NCBI GenBank assembly: GCA_046303015.1
Contig: JBKCGY010000168.1
Span: forward strand, 1 to 43,700
DNA from: Bacteroidota bacterium
Lineage (GTDB): Bacteria; Bacteroidota; Bacteroidia; Chitinophagales; Chitinophagaceae
DNA length: 43,700 nt
Reading direction: 5' to 3'
Numbering within the stretch: position 1 is the stretch's first letter; the number at the start of each line of letters is the position of its first letter. This document shows positions 1 to 10,239 of the stretch, in pieces. The notes beneath the pieces were generated by a model. The model ran no database searches. It saw nothing but the letters and a program-made list of their open reading frames with translations, and had not been told where the DNA came from. A program made the translations under genes and the position numbers.

Positions 1-34
1 TTTTTATTTCTTCCAATTTTTGATCTAACTACTT

Positions 35-69
35 AAAAAATCAGCCGTTTATTTTTGTAAACGGCTGAT
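35..69 (-). terminator. Intrinsic terminator after the peroxiredoxin gene
   Basis: Inverted repeat atcagccgttta / taaacggctgat (40-69), followed on the minus strand by a T6 run (A run at 35-40), about 20 nt past the stop codon. Confidence 0.8.
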
Positions 70-90
70 CATGATATAACTCTATAAGAA

Positions 91-561
91 TCAGGCAATT
101 TCTGAAAGCACCTGATTGATCGCTTCAAAATTGGGAAGATCGGCAGGACTCTCAGACACTTCTGCATATCGGATAATGCCCTCGCGATCAATAACAAAAG
201 CACTGCGTTTTGATACACCTTTCATATCTAAAACCCAGTTCTCATATATTGCTTCATATGCGCGGGATGTTTCTTTATTAAAATCGCTTAATAAAGGAAA
301 AGTATAATTTTGATCCAATTTGAAACGATTTAGCGAGTTGACTGAATCTACAGATATCCCAATTACTTGGGCATCTGCATTATCATATCTTGCAATATCA
401 TCTCTTACAGAGCATAATTCACTCGTGCAAATACTTGAAAAAGCCTGAGGAAAGAATAGCAATAAAACTTTTTTTCCTTTCAGATCACTAAGGTTAACCT
501 TGTTTTTTTCTGTGTTGTATAAACTAAACTCAGGGGCTTTTTGTCCTACTTCTAATGCCAT
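91..561 (-). CDS. Peroxiredoxin (AhpC/TSA family, AhpE/BCP-like)
   Basis: Active site FFPQAFSSICTSELC (PxxxS/TxxC), GISVDS, LLSDF and conserved Arg in KRSAFVID. Start moved to MALEVGQKAPEF (ATG at 561) because the longer ORF only adds AT-rich junk. Confidence 0.9.
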   Translation of the reverse strand: MALEVGQKAPEFSLYNTEKNKVNLSDLKGKKVLLLFFPQAFSSICTSELCSVRDDIARYDNADAQVIGISVDSVNSLNRFKLDQNYTFPLLSDFNKETSRAYEAIYENWVLDMKGVSKRSAFVIDREGIIRYAEVSESPADLPNFEAINQVLSEIA

Positions 562-631
562 AATTATAATTTTTAATTTAAAATATTTTGCAAATATCAA
601 CATGAAATTGTAAAAATTGTTGATTAAGTAC

Positions 632-666
632 AAAATAAATTATCCCCTCTGTAAAAAGAGGGGATA
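632..666 (-). terminator. Intrinsic terminator at the end of the dcw operon (after ftsZ)
   Basis: Perfect 10-bp stem tatcccctct / agaggggata (641-666) with a 6-nt loop, followed by ATTTATTTT on the minus strand. Confidence 0.75.
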
Positions 667-719
667 GTACTGGATGATCTGAACTTATTCCGGCGTAAAG
701 AGATAAGCAAAAGGGCAGA

Positions 720-2510
720 TCAATCCGGTTTGTTCCCGTCCAGGAATGAATTCAGGTTATTAAGTTGCACCTGATTATTCTCGTCGGCTTTTACGGTATA
801 ATTACTATAAAAGTTTTCTGCAGGCGATATCGTGCTGTACAACTCCAGATTTCTTCGTACATAAGCAGGTACGGAATCAAAGTCGTTATTCACATCATTG
901 CCATAAATATTAAAAGAAAGATTTCTGAGTTTTTGTAACCGCTCTGCCGCCTTTCTTCTTTGTTGATCTTCCTCCTCGTCAATAATCCCTTGACCAGCAG
1001 CCATAACCTCAGGAAATAAATGAGCCTGAGCAATATCGTCAACCTGCTCTACTTCCTTCTCTACCAGTTGCATATTAAAAATATCTTCCTCTTCTTTCAC
1101 AAATTGAATGATGGAAGCACTTGATTTTTCATCATTCGACTCATCCGCATCATTTGTAATCTTATCTCCCATTTGCTCATCTTCATAAATTACAGAAGGG
1201 GGTGTTAAATACCCTCCGCTTACGACCTGATGTGCATTTTCAACCGTACTTACGGCTACCGCATCTACACGGCTTTCATCTTCTTCCTTACTTACAAATT
1301 CTGTTTGAGACTGATAATGCAAAGAGGGAATATCAGGAGTCAGATAAACAGACAATGTATCCTCTTTACTTTCTACATTCATTTCCTCCTTCGCTGCCAC
1401 TTCATTTACTGCAGCAACCGTATTTGAGTTTTCTGTAACGTTTGGTATAACGTCCAAAGGTGGCACACTGGTACCTGCTAAAGGAATCACTACTTTTTCC
1501 GAATTCTCACTTGCAAAGGTTACATTAGAATTATGTTCTGTCTTGTCACATTCAAATCCGGTGGCAATTACAGTAATACCAATTTTATCTTCCAGACTTG
1601 AATCGTATCCAATCCCTAATATAACATCGGTATCTTCACCGGCTTGGGCCAGGACATAATTCTGTATAACTTCTACTTCATCCATTGTGTATTCATGTTC
1701 GCCCTCCGCACTAGTGATATTAATAAGAATCCAACGGGCTCCTCTGATATCGTTGTCATCCAGTAAGGGAGAATTCAAGGCTTCTTCTATAGCAACCTGA
1801 GCGCGGTTTTCTCCCGATGCGGAGCCATTACCCAAGATGGCTTTGCCTCCATTTCTCATGACGGTACACACATCAGCAAAATCGACATTGATCTGTCCGG
1901 TACTACTGATCACATCAGTAATGCATTTAGCAGCAGTAGCAAGCACATTATCTGCTCTCGAGAATGCTTCCTTCATTTTCAGATTACCAAACTGATGACG
2001 CAATTTATCATTGCTAATGATTAACAATGTATCAACGTAATCTTTCATACGGGCAATCCCTTCATTTGCCTGTTGAAATCTTTTTTTCCCTTCGTAACCG
2101 AATGGAGTCGTAACAATACCTACTGTCAGTATGCCGAGATCCTTACATATCTTGGCTATGATAGGAGCACCACCTGTGCCCGTACCACCGCCCATACCTG
2201 CAGTGATAAAGGCCATCTTCGTATTCACTTCCAGAATACGTTTGATCTCTTCCAGGCTCTCTTCGGTCGCCTGCCTTCCAATGTCAGGATTGGCGCCGGC
2301 ACCGAGTCCCTGAGTAAGATGTGGCCCCAACTGAATTTTGTTGGGTACACTGCTTTGCGCTATGGCCTGAGCATCGGTATTACAAATAATAAAGTTCACA
2401 CCTTCGATGGCCTGAGCATGCATGTGGTTGACTGCATTACTGCCACCGCCTCCCACACCAATGACTTTGATGATGGAGGATTTTTCTTTGGGTAAATCAA
2501 AATGAATCAT
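720..2510 (-). CDS. ftsZ: Cell division protein FtsZ
   Basis: IKVIGVGGGGSNAV, tubulin signature GMGGGTGTG, NVDFAD, long acidic linker and Bacteroidota-type C-terminus (PAYVRR...NSFLDGNKPD). Confidence 0.99.
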   Translation of the reverse strand: MIHFDLPKEKSSIIKVIGVGGGGSNAVNHMHAQAIEGVNFIICNTDAQAIAQSSVPNKIQLGPHLTQGLGAGANPDIGRQATEESLEEIKRILEVNTKMAFITAGMGGGTGTGGAPIIAKICKDLGILTVGIVTTPFGYEGKKRFQQANEGIARMKDYVDTLLIISNDKLRHQFGNLKMKEAFSRADNVLATAAKCITDVISSTGQINVDFADVCTVMRNGGKAILGNGSASGENRAQVAIEEALNSPLLDDNDIRGARWILINITSAEGEHEYTMDEVEVIQNYVLAQAGEDTDVILGIGYDSSLEDKIGITVIATGFECDKTEHNSNVTFASENSEKVVIPLAGTSVPPLDVIPNVTENSNTVAAVNEVAAKEEMNVESKEDTLSVYLTPDIPSLHYQSQTEFVSKEEDESRVDAVAVSTVENAHQVVSGGYLTPPSVIYEDEQMGDKITNDADESNDEKSSASIIQFVKEEEDIFNMQLVEKEVEQVDDIAQAHLFPEVMAAGQGIIDEEEDQQRRKAAERLQKLRNLSFNIYGNDVNNDFDSVPAYVRRNLELYSTISPAENFYSNYTVKADENNQVQLNNLNSFLDGNKPD

Positions 2511-2542
2511 ACGCCGGAATTGTTATGGGTTAAGTAAAAAAA

Positions 2543-3976
2543 CTAAAATTTCTTGTCTTCTTCAACTTCTTCAAAGATCCCTATGATGCCTGTCTTGATA
2601 TTCTGTATAAACTCACGTAAGGTCGTTGCTCTTCCACGAATATATCTGTCGGGAGATGTATCCTGGCTAGGCCCTACAGCTACAGGATCTGCAATAATAT
2701 CTACCCCTTCATCAATGACCTCTTTTCTTCTTTGAATGAGTGAATTTTGAGAACTTTCAAATACATTTTGTCCTTTTAAGATCAAACCAATACAAGTAGA
2801 ATACATAGGATTGGCTAGATCATCTACATGGCCGGCTGCCAGATGCTCATTGGGATATCCAATGCGTGCATTCAGTCCGGTAACATATTCTGTAAGTTGA
2901 ATGAGATGACGCAATTGTGATCCCCCACCGGTTAAGATAACCCCACCATTCAGCATCCGGTTATCTAATCCAATCTGCTTTAGATGATAGGTTACAAAAT
3001 CCATAATCTCCGTCATTCTTGCCTGAATGATATTGGCGAGATTTTTCACACTGATCTCCTTGGAAGCCATGCCCTTAATACCGGGAATCGTGATGAAGGT
3101 GTTAGACTTTGTTTCTTCCGCCAGCGCACTTCCAAATTGAATTTTCATTTGCTCTGCCTGTGTACGAAGTACACCTAATCCCATTTTGATATCATTCGTG
3201 ATGTTTTCACCACCGAAAGGAATAACCGCTGTCGCTCTGAGTATACCTTCATAAAATACAGCCAGATCTGTAGTACCCCCACCAATATCTACGATAGCCA
3301 CTCCTGCTTCCAGATCATGCTCGCACATAACAGCAGCAGCAGAAGCAAGCGGCTGTAATACAAGATCCTTCACTTTTAATCCGCTTTTATCAACACTTCT
3401 GTTGATATTGCGAATGGCATTTCTGTCGCCCGTGATGATATGAAAATTAGCGCCGACTTTGATACCACTCATCCCTATGGGATTCGCTATGTTCTGAAAA
3501 TTATCTACTGTATAATCCTGTGGAATCACATCAATGATCTGATCACCTGCGGGTATATATGTTTGTTGTTGTTCGCTGATCAGTCGGGCTACTTCCTTAT
3601 ATGAGATCTCTTCATCTGTATTCGTTCTTACAATATCCCCTCTTGTTTGCAACGACTTGATATGCTGACCTGCTATACCAACATACACTTCTTTGATAGA
3701 CAATTCCGGATTGCTTTTATAACAATTTTCCAATGCCTCCTGAATGGCACTGATCGTCTGATCAATATTGAGAACCATGCCATGCTTTACACCATGACTG
3801 TTGGCTCTGCCGAAACCAAGAATTTCAATTTTACCATGTTCGTTTTTACGACCGGCGATTGCGGCAATCTTGGTGGTTCCAATATCTAAACCAACTATAA
3901 TCGGATTGTCATTGGTCTTTACCTGTTGATTTAATTCTTCTGAAAGGGATGTAGGAATGGTTGTTTCGGTAGTCAT
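2543..3976 (-). CDS. ftsA: Cell division protein FtsA
   Basis: VGLDIGTTKI, VDIGGGTTD and ILTGGGS actin-like ATPase motifs; directly upstream of ftsZ. Confidence 0.98.
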   Translation of the reverse strand: MTTETTIPTSLSEELNQQVKTNDNPIIVGLDIGTTKIAAIAGRKNEHGKIEILGFGRANSHGVKHGMVLNIDQTISAIQEALENCYKSNPELSIKEVYVGIAGQHIKSLQTRGDIVRTNTDEEISYKEVARLISEQQQTYIPAGDQIIDVIPQDYTVDNFQNIANPIGMSGIKVGANFHIITGDRNAIRNINRSVDKSGLKVKDLVLQPLASAAAVMCEHDLEAGVAIVDIGGGTTDLAVFYEGILRATAVIPFGGENITNDIKMGLGVLRTQAEQMKIQFGSALAEETKSNTFITIPGIKGMASKEISVKNLANIIQARMTEIMDFVTYHLKQIGLDNRMLNGGVILTGGGSQLRHLIQLTEYVTGLNARIGYPNEHLAAGHVDDLANPMYSTCIGLILKGQNVFESSQNSLIQRRKEVIDEGVDIIADPVAVGPSQDTSPDRYIRGRATTLREFIQNIKTGIIGIFEEVEEDKKF

Positions 3977-4012
3977 ACTGCTGTTTGATTTAAAATGGTT
4001 ATATAATTTGTT

Positions 4013-5011
4013 TTAGTTTGTTTTATTGCGATTATTATTTTCCTGAGGTCGAGTGACTTCTTGAAGAATATTCATTTCTTCTTTGCTTATTACTTTTTCT
4101 TTTTTGATCGTTGCTTCTGATTTTACGGGAAGAGATTGTATTAACGTATCCAATTCAATTCTCGTAGTATCTAATACCTTATTGATTTCGATAGAATCAA
4201 ATGGAATTTTAAAACTTTCATACAGACTTATACTATCTCTCCGCACACCCACCAATTGTTTTTCATATCTGAGATCAAGAACACTATAATAATTCCATCC
4301 GGCTTTATTCAGCACATTCTTATAAAACAAAAGCAGTCTGTTAAACTTCTGTTCTACTTTTTTCCCCTCTCCAAAAATGATCTGATGTTTACCCAACTTA
4401 GGGATCAGCTCCATACTATATTGATCTATATGAATCTGCTCAATCTGAGCGTTCCAAAAATCATTTTTCAGGATATAGGCTCCCATATCTCTCACTTGCA
4501 TCAACAAAATGCTGTCTTTTGACAATAATGGCTTAGTCAAAGCAGGGAATCCTGTAAATACAGGAACATCTGCAATCTGATTACCATTGGCAGGTAGTTG
4601 TATGCCCAACTCATCGACATAGAAACTTTCTCCATCGATACAGAAAATTCGTCCTACGGGAATTCTTTCTTCCACATCAATATGTAAAACATTTTTGGTA
4701 TCAAAGAACAATTCAGCATTTCTGATCCAAAGATGTTGCTCTAGGATGGACTCAATTTCAGACAAATTAAATCGCCTCAATTCTTTCCCTTTCAATGTTG
4801 AAGGATTATGACCGGACACTCTGTTCAGAATTTCTTTTTCACTGATAAAATTTCCATTATCAGCAGTCCTGATACTTACCACAACATCCTTACAGGTTTC
4901 TCCTGCTTGGCGAATATTTGCAGCAATCAGTAATGCCAACGAAGCCACTCCAATACATATCCAAAGTGCAATGATGACAACCTTTCTAAATATTTCCTTC
5001 CTGTTACCCAT
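4013..5011 (-). CDS. ftsQ: Cell division protein FtsQ/DivIB
   Basis: Single N-terminal TM helix, POTRA-like segment (IESILEQHLWIRNAE...IDVEERIP) and LDLRY motif; lies between murC and ftsA. Confidence 0.88.
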   Translation of the reverse strand: MGNRKEIFRKVVIIALWICIGVASLALLIAANIRQAGETCKDVVVSIRTADNGNFISEKEILNRVSGHNPSTLKGKELRRFNLSEIESILEQHLWIRNAELFFDTKNVLHIDVEERIPVGRIFCIDGESFYVDELGIQLPANGNQIADVPVFTGFPALTKPLLSKDSILLMQVRDMGAYILKNDFWNAQIEQIHIDQYSMELIPKLGKHQIIFGEGKKVEQKFNRLLLFYKNVLNKAGWNYYSVLDLRYEKQLVGVRRDSISLYESFKIPFDSIEINKVLDTTRIELDTLIQSLPVKSEATIKKEKVISKEEMNILQEVTRPQENNNRNKTN

Positions 5012-6410
5012 TTAAAATTTTTTCCTTCAAGGCGGGAAGCAGCACATCAATATCTCCTGCTCCTGCAGTAATCACGACCCACCTTTTAATATTTTTTGTT
5101 TTTTGATTATCATGTATAATGTTCATAATGCTTCCAGGTACAGCTTCCTTCTCCATCAGCATCACATTCTTTAATTGCATTTTATCTGCAATCATCCCGC
5201 TACTCACTCCCGCCATTGGCAATTCTCTTGCCGGATAAATCGGAAGAAGAATACTCATATCTACCCTATCCAGACTGGCAGCAAATCCATCCGCCAGATC
5301 TCTAGTTCGAGAATACAGATGCGGCTGAAATATCAGCATCAATCCATAACCTTTAAAGAGAGATCTTGCCCCACTGATCAAAGCACTCAACTCTTCCGGA
5401 TGATGTGCATAATCATCGACCATCACAATGTCTTGACCCGGCTCTATCCAGTATTCAAATCTTCTTTTTACCCCTCGAAAAGCCGCCAATGCTTTTCGGA
5501 TCTTTTCGTCGGACAATTGCATTAAATGGCACAAGGCAATAGCCGGCAAAGAATTCTCGACATTATGTAGCCCTCCTACATGCAATTCAAGACCACTAAT
5601 CACATGGCTACCCTCTGTCTTTCTTATAACCACATCATATTGATAGCCTCCATTCACTATATTCAAATTACGCACATGAATATCTGCCCCTTCATCAGTC
5701 ACATGATAACTCATAATATGATCTGCCTTCAATGCTGCCGCCCTTTTCAATCCGTATTTATGCAACAACCATCCCCCACTTCTGATCTTTCTTGTAAATT
5801 CGATAAAAGCTTCTTCCACATTTTCTGGTGTTCCATAAATATCAAGATGATCAGGATCCATGGAACTTACAACGGCATAATCCGGACTCAGCTTATGAAA
5901 AGAACGATCATATTCATCTGCTTCCACAACGCAAAGCGGATTTATACTGCTCCAGAAATTAGTACCGTAATTCACCGATAAACCTCCCAAAAAAGCATTG
6001 CAACCATGTCCGCTTTCCTGCAATAAAAATGCAGTCATCGTACTGATTGTTGTCTTTCCATGTGTACCCGCAACACAAACATTCAAAGAACTTGCTGTAA
6101 TGATCTGCAACACTTCACTTCTCTTAACCACCTGATATCCCTGAGCCCGATAATAATTCAACTCTTTATGATCAGTCGGAATGGCTGGCGTATACACGAC
6201 AAGATTCACATCCTTGGGTGCACGTACCACATCTTCATCATAATACACTTTCATCCCCTCTGCTTCCAGATTTCTCGTCAGATCCGTTTGCGTTTTATCA
6301 TACCCGCTTACAACCACTCCCTTCGAATTGAAAAAACGCGCAAGTGCACTCATACCGATCCCACCGATCCCAATAAAATACACAGCCTTTATATCATGTA
6401 ATCCTATCAC
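5004..6410 (-). CDS. murC: UDP-N-acetylmuramate--L-alanine ligase
   Basis: FIGIGGIGMSALA, AGTHGKTT, EADEYDRSF, DDYAHHP and FQPHLYSRT; GTG start overlaps the murG stop (GTGA). Confidence 0.98.
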   Translation of the reverse strand: MIGLHDIKAVYFIGIGGIGMSALARFFNSKGVVVSGYDKTQTDLTRNLEAEGMKVYYDEDVVRAPKDVNLVVYTPAIPTDHKELNYYRAQGYQVVKRSEVLQIITASSLNVCVAGTHGKTTISTMTAFLLQESGHGCNAFLGGLSVNYGTNFWSSINPLCVVEADEYDRSFHKLSPDYAVVSSMDPDHLDIYGTPENVEEAFIEFTRKIRSGGWLLHKYGLKRAAALKADHIMSYHVTDEGADIHVRNLNIVNGGYQYDVVIRKTEGSHVISGLELHVGGLHNVENSLPAIALCHLMQLSDEKIRKALAAFRGVKRRFEYWIEPGQDIVMVDDYAHHPEELSALISGARSLFKGYGLMLIFQPHLYSRTRDLADGFAASLDRVDMSILLPIYPARELPMAGVSSGMIADKMQLKNVMLMEKEAVPGSIMNIIHDNQKTKNIKRWVVITAGAGDIDVLLPALKEKILNG

Positions 6411-7492
6411 GCTCCAATTACTTTAATGATTTCTTTCACAATACGTTTATCCGCATCTGCTACTCCAAGTGAAGATAAACTGGCTTCCATCTTCTTTCTT
6501 TTCTCTTCATCATTTGCTAAATCAATGATCACGTCTGTCAACTTATTCTTTACATCCTGATCTTTTACAATCAGTGCTGCTTCTTTACGAACAAGATTCA
6601 TCGCATTCGATGTTTGATGATCTTCTGCTGCAAAAGGATAAGGCACAAAAATGGCAGATTTAGCAACCAGACTGATTTCCGCAACCGACATGGCTCCTGC
6701 TCTTGAAACAATCATATCCGCAGCCGAATAGGCGGCCCCCATATCCGTTATAAAATCATTCACCCAAACACCGGCTTTCCCTTCAACCATTTTTTTAGCA
6801 ATAGCTACATAAGGTTTGCCGGTTTGCCAAATAATGCGAATATCCTGTTCCAGCAATCTATCTAATCCGGCAGCAATGCCATGATTTACCGACAGCGCCC
6901 CCAAACTTCCACCGATCACCAGCAGTGTACACTTCCCCCTCTTTAATCCAAATGTTTCCAGCGAACCCTGTTGTACTTCCACTATAGATTTTCGTACCGG
7001 ATTCCCCGTGACAACAATTTTTTCTTTGGGAAAGAAAGCCTCCATGCCATCTGTACCTGTAAAAACTTTAATTGCCTTATGAGCTAGCAAGCGATTAGAT
7101 TTACCTGCAAATGCATTTGCTTCATGAATGAAAGTAGGAATACCTTTCATCTGTGCCCAACGCAATACAGGATAAGTTGAATAACCTCCTACGCCAATCA
7201 CTACATCCGGTTTAAAGTTTTTTATAATACGACGAACCTGCATAAAACTTTTAATCAGTTTATAAGGCAACGCCACATTTTTTATCAAAGAACTTCTGTT
7301 AAACCCTGCTATGTCCAACCCTTCTATTTCAAAACCCGCCTGGGGTATTTTCTCCATCTCCATTTTACCTTTGGCACCAACAAAAAGAAAAGATGCATCA
7401 GGTAATTGCTTCTTCATCTCCTGCGCAATAGCTATAGCAGGAAAAATATGTCCGCCCGTACCTCCGCCCGCTATTAAAATTCTTTTACTCAT
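6407..7492 (-). CDS. murG: Undecaprenyl-PP-MurNAc-pentapeptide GlcNAc transferase
   Basis: GGGTGGHIFP, GVGGY, HEAN, GNPVR, GGSLGA, SRAGA and DHQ motifs. Confidence 0.98.
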   Translation of the reverse strand: MSKRILIAGGGTGGHIFPAIAIAQEMKKQLPDASFLFVGAKGKMEMEKIPQAGFEIEGLDIAGFNRSSLIKNVALPYKLIKSFMQVRRIIKNFKPDVVIGVGGYSTYPVLRWAQMKGIPTFIHEANAFAGKSNRLLAHKAIKVFTGTDGMEAFFPKEKIVVTGNPVRKSIVEVQQGSLETFGLKRGKCTLLVIGGSLGALSVNHGIAAGLDRLLEQDIRIIWQTGKPYVAIAKKMVEGKAGVWVNDFITDMGAAYSAADMIVSRAGAMSVAEISLVAKSAIFVPYPFAAEDHQTSNAMNLVRKEAALIVKDQDVKNKLTDVIIDLANDEEKRKKMEASLSSLGVADADKRIVKEIIKVIGA

Positions 7493-8730
7493 ACAGCTAC
7501 CTCCTTAGCGGGCGTCGGATTACCTTCCGCCTCCTCCACATGCCGTGCCACACTTAAAATAATCCCTATCGCAAGACTCGTAAATATGATACTGCTGCCA
7601 CCCATACTCACCAATGGAAGCGTTACACCCGTTACAGGAAACAACCCCACATTCACCGCCATATTCGTCATCGCCTGTATCACCAGCGTAAAACTTAAAG
7701 CGATGGATAAAAATGCCCCAAATGCATAAGGACATCTTCTGAAAATTTTTATGCTTCTGAATAAAAAAATCAGATAAATAAATACAATAAAAGCACCACC
7801 CACCAAGCCATACTCTTCTATAATAATGGCATAAATAAAATCAGAATACGGATGCGGCAGAAAATTTCGCTGCTCACTGTTGCCAGGCCCCAATCCCATA
7901 AAACCACCTTTGGCAACCGCAATCTTCGCCTGCTGAACCTGATAAGGCGATTCATCATTTTTTGCATACATAAAATCCTGAGCCCTGTGTATCCAGGTAG
8001 GCACTCTCTTAACAGATAGTATTGCAGGCAGGTCTTTTGATTTGCCCGCCGTTTCATCATAATACGATCTGGCCAGAATAACAAGCGTAATAATAGGCAC
8101 AATAACGATCATTCCTACTAACAGAAGGTGACGAAAATTTACTCTTCCAATAAAAAGCAACAACATAGAAGTGGCACCTGTCAACAATGCCGTTGATAAA
8201 TTTGCCGGCGCAATAAGAATACAAATAATAAATATGGGAAAGGTCAGCGGCAAAAATCCTTTCTTAAAATCTTTGATCACATCCTGTTTTTTAGACAAGA
8301 GATGCGACAAGTACATGAACAAAGCGAGCTTCGCAAGATCGGAAGACTGAAAAGTAAAGTTTAACACCGGCAGTCGAATCCAGCGATTAGCATCGTTGAG
8401 ATTGGTACCAAAACTAAGTGTATATATAAGTAATGGAATAGATAAAATGAAAAGTATTCTTGCAATATTGGAATATATCTTATAATTAACCCGATGAGAA
8501 ATATACATGATTGCTAATCCTAATGCCGCAAAACCTAATTGCTTCCCTAAAAAGATGAAAGTATTACCCTTATGTAATTTATAAGCCAGCGAATTGGTTG
8601 AACTATACACAACTAATAAACTCGTAAGCGACAGCAGCACTACAATCGCCCAGATGGCCTTATCTCCCTTGGTTTGTTTTTGTATCCCTTCGGGAGTCAA
8701 CTCTGTTTTTATTTGACTAAACTGACTCAT
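7489..8730 (-). CDS. ftsW: SEDS peptidoglycan polymerase FtsW
   Basis: Multi-TM protein with ANRWI, FQSSDLAK, LPHPYSDFIYAIIIEEYG and GVTLPLVSMGGSS; lies between murD and murG. Confidence 0.96.
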   Translation of the reverse strand: MSQFSQIKTELTPEGIQKQTKGDKAIWAIVVLLSLTSLLVVYSSTNSLAYKLHKGNTFIFLGKQLGFAALGLAIMYISHRVNYKIYSNIARILFILSIPLLIYTLSFGTNLNDANRWIRLPVLNFTFQSSDLAKLALFMYLSHLLSKKQDVIKDFKKGFLPLTFPIFIICILIAPANLSTALLTGATSMLLLFIGRVNFRHLLLVGMIVIVPIITLVILARSYYDETAGKSKDLPAILSVKRVPTWIHRAQDFMYAKNDESPYQVQQAKIAVAKGGFMGLGPGNSEQRNFLPHPYSDFIYAIIIEEYGLVGGAFIVFIYLIFLFRSIKIFRRCPYAFGAFLSIALSFTLVIQAMTNMAVNVGLFPVTGVTLPLVSMGGSSIIFTSLAIGIILSVARHVEEAEGNPTPAKEVAV

Positions 8731-8747
8731 TCAGTTATATTATATTA

Positions 8748-10088
8748 TTATAATGATCTTACTGCCTCTTTAAATTGATCACCTCTGTCTTCATAGTTTT
8801 TAAACAGATCAAAACTGGCGCAAGCAGGACTTAACAAAACTGTCTCTCCGTCTTTTGCGATACGATAGGCTTGCTGAACCGCTTCTGCAGCTGTTGTCGC
8901 ATCCGTTATTTTGATATGTAAATTCTTGAAGGCATCATGAATTTTTTTATTATCAAGGCCAAGACAAATAATGGCACTTACTTTTTCCGCTACCAGATCT
9001 TTTAGAATGGAATAATCATTTCCTTTATCAACCCCTCCAAGGATGAGAACCGTTCGGGTCTTTACACTTTCCAGCGCAAACCAGGTAGAATTGACATTGG
9101 TTGCTTTGCTATCATTAATATAGGTAACACCTTTAACAACAGTAACAGGCTCCATCCGGTGTTCGAGATTCTCGAAAGTTGCAACCGCTTCCCTGATCTT
9201 TTCCTTTCGGATGCCGATCACCGATGCAGCGATTCCTGCCGCCTTGGTATTGTACTGATTATGCCGTCCCTTAATTTTAAAATCATCCACACTCATCATG
9301 ATTTTATCATCGTTGACTGCAATGGTCATCATACCATTTTTAATAAAAGCGCCTCTTTGTGGTTCCTGATTCATGGTAAAAGGGAATAGAATTGAATGGA
9401 TGGTTTGTTTTGATATATATTGAACACTCACCGGATCGTCAGCACAATACACAAAAGCATCCTGCTGTGTCTGGTTCGTGGTTATCTTAAACTTGGCGTG
9501 GATATATTCTTCAAACCGGTAATTATACCGATCCAGATGATCTTCAGTAATATTGGTCAACACCGCTACGTCTGCCCTGAAATCCTTGATATCATCTAAC
9601 TGAAAACTGCTTACCTCTGTTACATAGAGCGGCTTGGGATCCAATGCGATCTGACGAGCAATACTATAACCGATGTTCCCTACCAAAGCGCAATCCAGAT
9701 TCGCATGTCGGCATATATGATAAGTTAATGCCGTCGTAGTGGTCTTACCATTACTGCCCGTGATGGCAATAATGCGACTATCACCCTTATACCTCCATGC
9801 CAATTCAAGTTCACTGATAATGGAGATACCCTTCTCTCTGACCTTTTGAATCATCGGATTTTTTTCAGGAATTCCCGGACTTTTCACAATCTCATCCGCA
9901 GATAAAATTTTGCTTTCAGTATGTCCCCCCTCCTCAAATTCGATTCCATACTGTATCAACTCCAGCTTATGGGCCTCACCGATCTTACCTGCATCAGAAA
10001 GAAATACTTCCAGCCCCTTCTTTTTGGCAAGAATAGCTGCGCCTGTACCGCTTTCACCACCTCCCAATATGTAGCATTTGTATGCCAT
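8748..10088 (-). CDS. murD: UDP-N-acetylmuramoyl-L-alanine--D-glutamate ligase
   Basis: ILGGGESG, ITGSNGKTTT, EVSSFQL, DHLDRY, NDSKATN and LSPACASFD. ATG at 10088 preferred over TTG at 10118. Confidence 0.97.
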   Translation of the reverse strand: MAYKCYILGGGESGTGAAILAKKKGLEVFLSDAGKIGEAHKLELIQYGIEFEEGGHTESKILSADEIVKSPGIPEKNPMIQKVREKGISIISELELAWRYKGDSRIIAITGSNGKTTTTALTYHICRHANLDCALVGNIGYSIARQIALDPKPLYVTEVSSFQLDDIKDFRADVAVLTNITEDHLDRYNYRFEEYIHAKFKITTNQTQQDAFVYCADDPVSVQYISKQTIHSILFPFTMNQEPQRGAFIKNGMMTIAVNDDKIMMSVDDFKIKGRHNQYNTKAAGIAASVIGIRKEKIREAVATFENLEHRMEPVTVVKGVTYINDSKATNVNSTWFALESVKTRTVLILGGVDKGNDYSILKDLVAEKVSAIICLGLDNKKIHDAFKNLHIKITDATTAAEAVQQAYRIAKDGETVLLSPACASFDLFKNYEDRGDQFKEAVRSL

Positions 10089-10128
10089 AATAGTATCATC
10101 AATCCGTTTGCCGGACAATTATTAAAAT

Positions 10129-10233
10129 TTGGTTCTTCACAAGAATGAATTTTTTTGGAGTTACCAAAAGGCTTCTCCTTTCATTCGTTTCAAAGGGTGT
10201 TCGACCTCAATTAAACCTATTGGTTTTTCACAA
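10129..10233. repeat. 14-bp imperfect direct repeat pair in the mraY-murD intergenic gap
   Basis: ttggttcttcacaa (10129-10142) and ttggtttttcacaa (10220-10233), 13/14 identical. Confidence 0.6.
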
Positions 10234-10239
10234 AAAAGA

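Noticed and set aside
10129-10233. Direct repeat pair as a mini-CRISPR or IS ends
   Set aside because: Only two 14-bp units, with no cas or transposase gene; kept only as an unexplained repeat
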